This document shows, one piece after another, positions 56,101 to 64,000 of a DNA stretch of 64,000 nucleotides (its first letter is position 1; each line of letters starts with the position of its first letter). The DNA comes from Eledone cirrhosa (Eukaryota), in the NCBI GenBank assembly GCA_964016885.1, contig OZ024759.1:24242001-24306000 (forward strand), read 5' to 3'. A program made the position numbers and the translations under genes. The notes beneath the pieces are model-generated. The model saw only the letters and a program-made list of their open reading frames with translations, had not been told where the DNA came from and ran no database searches.

Positions 56101-59100
56101 TTTACACTATCTCATAACCATTCCTATATTCGTCTTTCCAAGTCATGTGCTTTCACACTTTGAGCCCAGTTTACTTCGATATATCTCTATATATCTCTAT
56201 TTTCCTTTTAACGGAAAACACCATGCTGTCTGGCTATCTCTCTCCCAATCTACCTCATACTCTCTACCTCTTTTTGAGTAATCCCTTGCTTGTCTTTCAA
56301 GCAAGTTGGTCTTTACTCCTATGGACGTATAAACCTTTACACTATCTCATAACCATTCCTATATTCGTCTTTCCAAGTCATGTGCTTTCACACTTTGAGC
56401 CCAGTTTACTTCGATATATCTCTATATATCTCTATCTTCCTTTTAACGGAAAGCACCATGCTGTCTGGCTATCTCTCACCGAATCTACCTCATACTCTCT
56501 ACCTCTTTTTGAGTAATCCCTTGCTTGTCTTTCAAGCAAGTTGGTCTTTACTCCTATGGACGTATAAACCTTTACACTATCTCATAACCATTCCTATATT
56601 CGTCTTTCCAAGTCATGTGCTTTCACACTTTGAGACCAGTTTACTTCGATATATCCCTATATATCTCTATTTTCCTTTTAACGGAAAACACCATGCTGTC
56701 TGGCTATCTCTCTCCCAATCTACCTCATACTCTCTACCTCTTTTTGAGTAATCCCTTGCTTGTCTTTCAAGCAAGTTGGTCTTTACTCCTATGGACGTAT
56801 ATACCTTTACACTATCTCATAACCATTCCTATATTCGTCTTTCCAAAACATGTGCTTTAACACTTTGAGCCCAGTTTACTTCGATATATCCCTATATATC
56901 TCTATTTTCCTTTTAACGGAAAACACCTTGCTGTCTGGCTATCTCTCTCCCAATCTACCTCATACTCTCTACCTCTTTTTGAGTAACCCTTGCTTGTCTT
57001 TCAAGCAAGTTGGTCTTTACTCCTATGGACGTATAAACCTTTACACTATCTCATAACCATTCCTATATTCGTCTTTCCAAGTCATGTGCTTTCACACTTT
57101 GAGCCCAGTTTACTTCGATATATCTCTATATAGCTCTATCTTCCTTTTAACGGAAAACACCATGCTGTCTGGCTATCTCTCACCCAATCTACCTCATACT
57201 CTCTACCTCTTTTTGAGTAATCCCTTGCTTGTCTTTCAAGCAAGTTGGTCTTTCCTCCTATCGACGTATAAACCTTTACACTATCTCATAACCATTCCTA
57301 TATTCGTCTTTCCAAGTCATGTGCTTTCACACTTTGAGCCCAGTTTACTTCGATATATCTCTATATATCTCTATCTTCCTTTTAACGGAAAACACCATGC
57401 TGTCTGGCTATCTCTCTCCCAATCTACCTCATACTCTCTAGCACTTTTTTAGTAATCCCTTGCTTGTCTTTCAAGCAAGTTGGTCTTTACTCCTATGGAC
57501 GTATAAACCTTTACACTATCTCATAACCATTCCTATATTCATCTTTCCAAGTCATGTGCTTTCACATTTTGAGCCCAGTTTACTTCGATATATCCCTATA
57601 TATCTCTATTTTCCTTTTAACGGAAAACACCTTGCTGTCTGGCTATCTCTCTCCCAATCTACCTCATACTCTCTATCTCTTTTTGAGTAATCCCTTGCTT
57701 GTCTTTCAAGCAAGTTGGTCTTTACTCCTATGGACGTATAAACCTTTACACTATCTCATAACCATTCCTATATTCGTCTTTCCAAGTCATGTGCTTTCAC
57801 ACTTTGAGCCCAGTTTACTTCGATATATCTCTATATATCTCTATTTTCCTTTTAACGGAAAACACCATGCTGTCTGGCTATCTCTCACCCAATCTACCTC
57901 ATACTCTCTACCTCTTTTTGAGTAATCCCTTGCTTGTCTTTCAAGCAAGTTGGTCTTTCCTCCTATCGACGTATAAACCTTTACACTATCTCATAACCAT
58001 TCCTATATTCGTCTTTCCAAGTCATGTGCTTTCACACTTTGAGCCCAGTTTACTTCGATATATCTCTATATATCTCTATCTTCCTTTTAACGGAAAACAC
58101 CATGCTGTCTGGCTATCTCTCTCCCAATCTACCTCATACTCTCTAGCACTTTTTTAGTAATCCCTTGCTTGTCTTTCAAGCAAGTTGGTCTTTACTCCTA
58201 TGGACGTATAAACCTTTACACTATCTCATAACCATTCCTATATTCATCTTTCCAAGTCATGTGCTTTCACATTTTGAGCCCAGTTTACTTCGATATATCC
58301 CTATATATCTCTATTTTCCTTTTAACGGAAAACACCTTGCTGTCTGGCTATCTCTCTCCCAATCTACCTCATACTCTCTATCTCTTTTTGAGTAATCCCT
58401 TGCTTGTCTTTCAAGCAAGTTGGTCTTTACTCCTATGGACGTATAAACCTTTACACTATCTCATAACCATTCCTATATTCGTCTTTCCAAGTCATGTGCT
58501 TTCACACTTTGAGCCCAGTTTACTTCGATATATCTCTATATATCTCTATTTTCCTTTTAACGGAAAACACCATGCTGTCTGGCTATCTCTCTCCCAATCT
58601 ACCTCATACTCTCTACCTCTTTTTGAGTAATCCCTTGCTTGTCTTTCAAGCAAGTTGGTCTTTACTCCTATGGACGTATAAACCTTTACACTATCTCATA
58701 ACCATTCCTATATTCGTCTTTCCAAAACATGTGCTTTAACACTTTGAGCCCAGTTTACTTCGATATATCCCTATATATCTCTATTTTCCTTTTAACGGAA
58801 AACACCATGCTGTCTGGCTCACTCTCTCCCTTAGCTACCTCATGCGATCTACCTCTTTTTGAGTAATCCCTTGCTTGTCTTTCAAGCAAGTTGGTCTTTA
58901 CTCCTATGGACGTATGAACCTTTACACTATCTCATAACCATTCCTATATTCGTCTTTCCAAAACATGTGCTTTAACACTTTGAGCCCAGTTTACTTCGAT
59001 ATATCCCTATATATCTCTATTTTCCTTTTAACGGAAAACACCATGCTGTCTGGCTCTCTCTCTCCCTTATCTACCTCATGCGATCTACCTCTTTTTGAGT

Positions 59101-59900
59101 AATCCCTTGCTTGTCTTTCAAGCAAGTTGGTCTTTACTCCCATGGACGTATAAACCTTTACACTATCTCATAACCATTCCCATATTCGTCTTTCCAAGAC
59201 ATGTGCTTTAACACTTTGAACCCGGTTTACTTCGATATATCTCTATATATCTCTATTTTCCTTTTAACGGAAAACACCATGCTGTCTGGCTATCTCTCTC
59301 CCAATCTACCTCATACTCTCTACCTCTTTTTGAGTAATCCCTTGCTTGTCTTTCAAGCAAGTTGGTCTTTACTCCTATGGACGTATAAACCTTTACACTA
59401 TCTCATAACCATTCCTATATTCGTCTTTCCAAGTCATGTGCTTTCACACTTTGAGCCCAGTTTACTTCGATATATCTCTATATATCTCTATTTTCCTTTT
59501 AACGGAAAACACCATGCTGTCTGGCTATCTCTCTCCCAATCTACCTCATACTCTCTACCTCTTTTTGAGTAATCCCTTGCTTGTCTTTCAAGCAAGTTGG
59601 TCTTTACTCCTATGGACGTATAAACCTTTACACTATCTCATAACCATTCCTATATTCGTCTTTCCAAGTCATGTGCTTTCACACTTTGAGCCCAGTTTAC
59701 TTCGATATATCTCTATATAGCTCTATCTTCCTTTTAACGGAAAACACCATGCTGTCTGGCTATCTCTCACCCAATCTATCTCATACTCTCTACCTCTTTT
59801 TGAGTAATCCCTTGCTTGTCTTTCAAGCAAGTTGGTCTTTACTCCTATGGACGTATAAACCTTTACACTATCTCATAACCATTCCTATATTCGTCTTTCC
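41145..59900. repeat. Second copy of the 1-~19,200 segment (macro-duplication, offset 41,144 bp then 40,675 bp)
   Basis: Rare SNPs recur at fixed offsets: 11/41155, 1156/42300 and 3406/44550 (offset 41144); 14364/55039, 14676/55351, 15960/56635, 18545/59220 and 19104/59779 (offset 40675). Confidence 0.95.
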
Positions 59901-62900
59901 AAGTCATGTGCTTTCACACTTTGAGCCCAGTTTACTTCGATATATCTCTATATATCTCTATCTTCCTTTTAACGGAAAACACCATGCTGTCTGGCTATCT
60001 CTCTCCCAATCTACCTCATACTCTCTAGCACTTTTTTAGTAATCCCTTGCTTGTCTTTCAAGCAAGTTGGTCTTTACTCCTATGGACGTATAAACCTTTA
60101 CACTATCTCATAACCATTCCTATATTCGTCTTTCCAAGTCATGTGCTTTCACACTTTGAGCCCAGTTTACTTCGATATATCCCTATATATCTCTATTTTC
60201 CTTTTAACGGAAAACACCATGCTGTCTGGCTATCTCTCTCCCAATCTACCTCATACTCTCTACCTCTTTTTGAGTAATCCCTTGCTTGTCTTTCAAGCAA
60301 GTTGGTCTTTACTCCTATGGACGTATATACCTTTACACTATCTCATAACCATTCCTATATTCATCTTTCCAAAACATGTGCTTTAACACTTTGAGCCCAG
60401 TTTACTTCGATATATCCCTATATATCTCTATTTTCCTTTTAACGGAAAACACCATGCTGTCTGGCTCTCTCTCTCCCTTATCTACCTCATGCGATCTACC
60501 TCTTTTTGAGTAATCCCTTGCTTGTCTTTCAAGCAAGTTGGTCTTTACTCCCATGGACGTATAAACCTTTACACTATCTCATAACCATTCCCATATTCGT
60601 CTTTCCAAGTCATGTGCTTTAACACTTTGAGCCCAGTTTACTTCGATATATCTCTATATATCTCTATTTTCCTTTTAACGGAAAACACCATGCTGTCTGG
60701 CTATCTCTCTCCCAATCTACCTCATACTCTCTACCTCTTTTTGAGTAATCCCTTGCTTGTCTTTCAAGCAAGTTGGTCTTTACTCCTATGGACGTATAAA
60801 CCTTTACACTATCTCATAACCATTCCTATATTCGTCTTTCCAAGTCATGTGCTTTCACACTTTGAGCCCAGTTTACTTCGATATATCCCTATATATCTCT
60901 ATTTTCCTTTTAACGGAAAACACCATGCTGTCTGGCTCACTCTCTCCCTTAGCTACCTCATGCGATCTACCTCTTTTTGAGTAATCCCTTGCTTGTCTTT
61001 CAAGCAAGTTGGTCTTTACTCCTATGGACGTATAAACCTTTACACTATCTCATAACCATTCCTATATTCGTCTTTCCAAGTCATGTGCTTTCACACTTTG
61101 AGCCCAGTTTACTTCGATATATCTCTATATATCTCTATCTTCCTTTTAACGGAAAGCACCATGCTGTCTGGTTATCTCTCACCGAATCTACCTCATACTC
61201 TCTACCTCTTTTTGAGTAATCCCTTGCTTGTCTTTCAAGCAAGTTGGTCTTTACTCCTATGGACGTATAAACCTTTACACTATCTCATAACCATTCCTAT
61301 ATTCGTCTTTCCAAGTCATGTGCTTTCACACTTTGAGCCCAGTTTACTTCGATATATCCCTATATATCTCTATTTTCCTTTTAACGGAAAACACCATGCT
61401 GTCTGGCTATCTCTCTCCCAATCTACCTCATACTCTCTACCTCTTTTTGAGTAATCCCTTGCTTGTCTTTCAAGCAAGTTGGTCTTTACTCCTATGGACG
61501 TATGAACCTTTACACTATCTCATAACCATTCCTATATTCGTCTTTCCAAAACATGTGCTTTAACACTTTGAGCCCAGTTTACTTCGATATATCCCTATAT
61601 ATCTCTATTTTCCTTTTAACGGAAAACACCATGCTGTCTGGCTATCTCTCTCCCAATCTACCTCATACTCTCTACCTCTTTTTGAGTAATCCCTTGCTTG
61701 TCTTTCAAGCAAGTTGGTCTTTACTCCTATGGACGTATAAACCTTTACACTATCTCATAACCATTCCTATATTCGTCTTTCCAAGTCATGTGCTTTCACA
61801 CTTTGAGCCCAGTTTACTTCGATATATCTCTATATAGCTCTATCTTCCTTTTAACGGAAAACACCATGCTGTCTGGCTATCTCTCACCCAATCTACCTCA
61901 TACTCTCTACCTCTTTTTGAGTAATCCCTTGCTTGTCTTTCAAGCAAGTTGGTCTTTACTCCTATGGACGTATAAACCTTTACACTATCTCATAACCATT
62001 CCTATATTCGTCTTTCCAAGTCATGTGCTTTCACACTTTGAGCCCAGTTTACTTCGATATATCTCAATATATCTCTATCTTCCTTTTAACGGAAAACACC
62101 ATGCTGTCTGGCTATCTCTCTCCCAATCTACCTCATACTCTCTAGCACTTTTTTAGTAATCCCTTGCTTGTCTTTCAAGCAAGTTGGTCTTTACTCCTAT
62201 GGACGTATAAACCTTTACACTATCTCATAACCATTCCTATATTCGTCTTTCCAAGTCATGTGCTTTCACACTTTGAGCCCAGTTTACTTCGATATATCCC
62301 TATATATCTCTATTTTCCTTTTAACGGAAAACACCATGCTGTCTGGCTATCTCTCTCCCAATCTACCTCATACTCTCTACCTCTTTTTGAGTAATCCCTT
62401 GCTTGTCTTTCAAGCAAGTTGGTCTTTACTCCTATGGACGTATATACCTTTACACTATCTCATAACCATTCCTATATTCGTCTTTCCAAAACATGTGCTT
62501 TAACACTTTGACCCCAGTTTACTTCGATATATCCCTATATATCTCTATTTTCCTTTTAACGGAAAACACCATGCTGTCTGGCTCACTCTCTCCCTTAGCT
62601 ACCTCATGCGATCTACCTCTTTTTGAGTAATCCCTTGCTTGTCTTTCAAGCAAGTTGGTCTTTACTCCTATGGACGTATAAACCTTTACACTATCTCATA
62701 ACCATTCCCATATTCGTCTTTCCAAGTCATGTGCTTTAACACTTTGAGCCCAGTTTACTTCGATATATCTCTATATATCTCTATTTTCCTTTTAACGGAA
62801 AACACCATGCTGTCTGGCTATCTCTCTCCCAATCTACCTCATACTCTCTACCTCTTTTTGAGTAATCCCTTGCTTGTCTTTCAAGCAAGTTGGTCTTTAC

Positions 62901-63430
62901 TCCTATGGACGTATAAACCTTTACACTATCTCATAACCATTCCTATATTCGTCTTTCCAAGTCATGTGCTTTCACACTTTGAGCCCAGTTTACTTCGATA
63001 TATCCCTATATATCTCTATTTTCCTTTTAACGGAAAACACCATGCTGTCTGGCTCACTCTCTCCCTTAGCTACCTCATGCGATCTACCTCTTTTTGAGTA
63101 ATCCCTTGCTTGTCTTTCAAGCAAGTTGGTCTTTACTCCTATGGACGTATAAACCTTTACACTATCTCATAACCATTCCTATATTCGTCTTTCCAAGTCA
63201 TGTGCTTTCACACTTTGAGCCCAGTTTACTTCGATATATCTCTATATATCTCTATCTTCCTTTTAACGGAAAGCACCATGCTGTCTGGCTATCTCTCACC
63301 GAATCTACCTCATACTCTCTACCTCTTTTTGAGTAATCCCTTGCTTGTCTTTCAAGCAAGTTGGTCTTTACTCCTATGGACGTATAAACCTTTACACTAT
63401 CTCATAACCATTCCTATATTCGTCTTTCCA
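59480..63430. repeat. 9-mer higher-order repeat (period 2,117 bp), ~2 copies, related to the 11-mer at 34.4-39.6 kb
   Basis: ORF and variant series repeats at offset 2117 (59671/61788, 60141/62258, 60612/62729, 61083/63200). The monomer order is the same as 34747-36394 (offset 24,924). Confidence 0.82.
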
Positions 63431-64000
63431 AAACATGTGCTTTAACACTTTGAGCCCAGTTTACTTCGATATATCCCTATATATCTCTATTTTCCTTTTA
63501 ACGGAAAACACCTTGCTGTCTGGCTATCTCTCTCCCAATCTACCTCATACTCTCTACCTCTTTTTGAGTAACCCTTGCTTGTCTTTCAAGCAAGTTGGTC
63601 TTTACTCCTATGGACGTATGAACCTTTACACTATCTCATAACCATTCCTATATTCGTCTTTCCAAAACATGTGCTTTAACACTTTGAGCCCAGTTTACTT
63701 CGATATATCCCTATATATCTCTATTTTCCTTTTAACGGAAAACACCATGCTGTCTGGCTCTCTCTCTCCCTTATCTACCTCATGCGATCTACCTCTTTTT
63801 GAGTAATCCCTTGCTTGTCTTTCAAGCAAGTTGGTCTTTACTCCCATGGACGTATAAACCTTTACACTATCTCATAACCATTCCCATATTCGTCTTTCCA
63901 AGTCATGTGCTTTAACACTTTGAGCCCGGTTTACTTCGATATATCTCTATATATCTCTATTTTCCTTTTAACGGAAAACACCATGCTGTCTGGCTATCTC

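Larger units (their letters stand above)
1..64000. repeat. Tandem satellite DNA array, ~235 bp monomer, ~272 head-to-tail copies, runs off both window ends (centromeric/heterochromatic-type satellite; family not identified)
   Basis: Consensus CATGTGCTTTCACACTTTGAGCCCAGTTTACTTCGATATATCTCTATATATCTCTATTTTCCTTTTAACGGAAAACACCATGCTGTCTGGCTATCTCTCTCCCAATCTACCTCATACTCTCTACCTCTTTTTGAGTAATCCCTTGCTTGTCTTTCAAGCAAGTTGGTCTTTACTCCTATGGACGTATAAACCTTTACACTATCTCATAACCATTCCTATATTCGTCTTTCCAAGT recurs every 234-236 bp (ATGTG anchor at 187, 421, 656, 891, 1127, 1362...). All copies are in the same orientation and I saw no non-satellite sequence. Confidence 0.99.

Noticed and set aside
187-63641. ~230 short ORFs (68-126 aa; MCFHTLSPVYFDISL..., MLVFQASWSLL...)
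   Set aside because: They are translations of the satellite. The 235-bp unit is not a multiple of 3, so ORFs overlap in shifting frames. The L/S/F/Y/P-rich composition simply reflects the pyrimidine-rich strand. I recognise no domain, and stops and frameshifts vary freely among copies.
1-64000. CRISPR array or repeat-spacer system (palindromic motif at regular intervals)
   Set aside because: The sequence between dyads is itself nearly identical from unit to unit, so there are no unique spacers, no leader and no cas or other genes.
1-64000. Tandem 5S rRNA, tRNA or snRNA gene array, or rDNA spacer subrepeats
   Set aside because: I recognise no 5S, tRNA or snRNA sequence or pol III A/B/C boxes on either strand. 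An Rfam/Infernal search would be the definitive test.
1-64000. Transposon insertion, inversion or orientation switch; assignment to a named satellite or species
   Set aside because: Monomer anchors stay in 234-236 bp register throughout and no minus-strand ORF copies appear, so there is no room for an insertion or inversion. Monomer length alone cannot identify the family without a database search.

Overview
The whole 64 kb window is one uninterrupted, single-orientation, head-to-tail tandem satellite array of a ~235 bp monomer (about 272 copies; 234/235/236 bp length variants; consensus about 38% GC and 67% pyrimidine on the + strand by manual count). I see no genes, RNA genes, CRISPR array, transposon insertion or inversion. 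The ~230 listed ORFs are reading-frame artefacts of the repeat. The interesting structure is nested higher-order organisation, readable from diagnostic SNPs. A recurring 6-monomer core module is reused inside 7-, 10-, 24/26-mer blocks and in edited form inside 9- and 11-mer blocks. There is also an apparently identical 28-mer (6,581 bp) tandem duplication with a chimeric junction monomer, and a ~41 kb (175-monomer) offset macro-duplication with only about 3 SNPs seen over ~19 kb. An older, more diverged monomer layer lies at about 20.1-21.6 and 26.7-32.3 kb. Each monomer carries a well-conserved imperfect 43-nt dyad. The architecture is typical of eukaryotic centromeric or heterochromatic satellite DNA, but the organism, family and function cannot be determined from the sequence alone.
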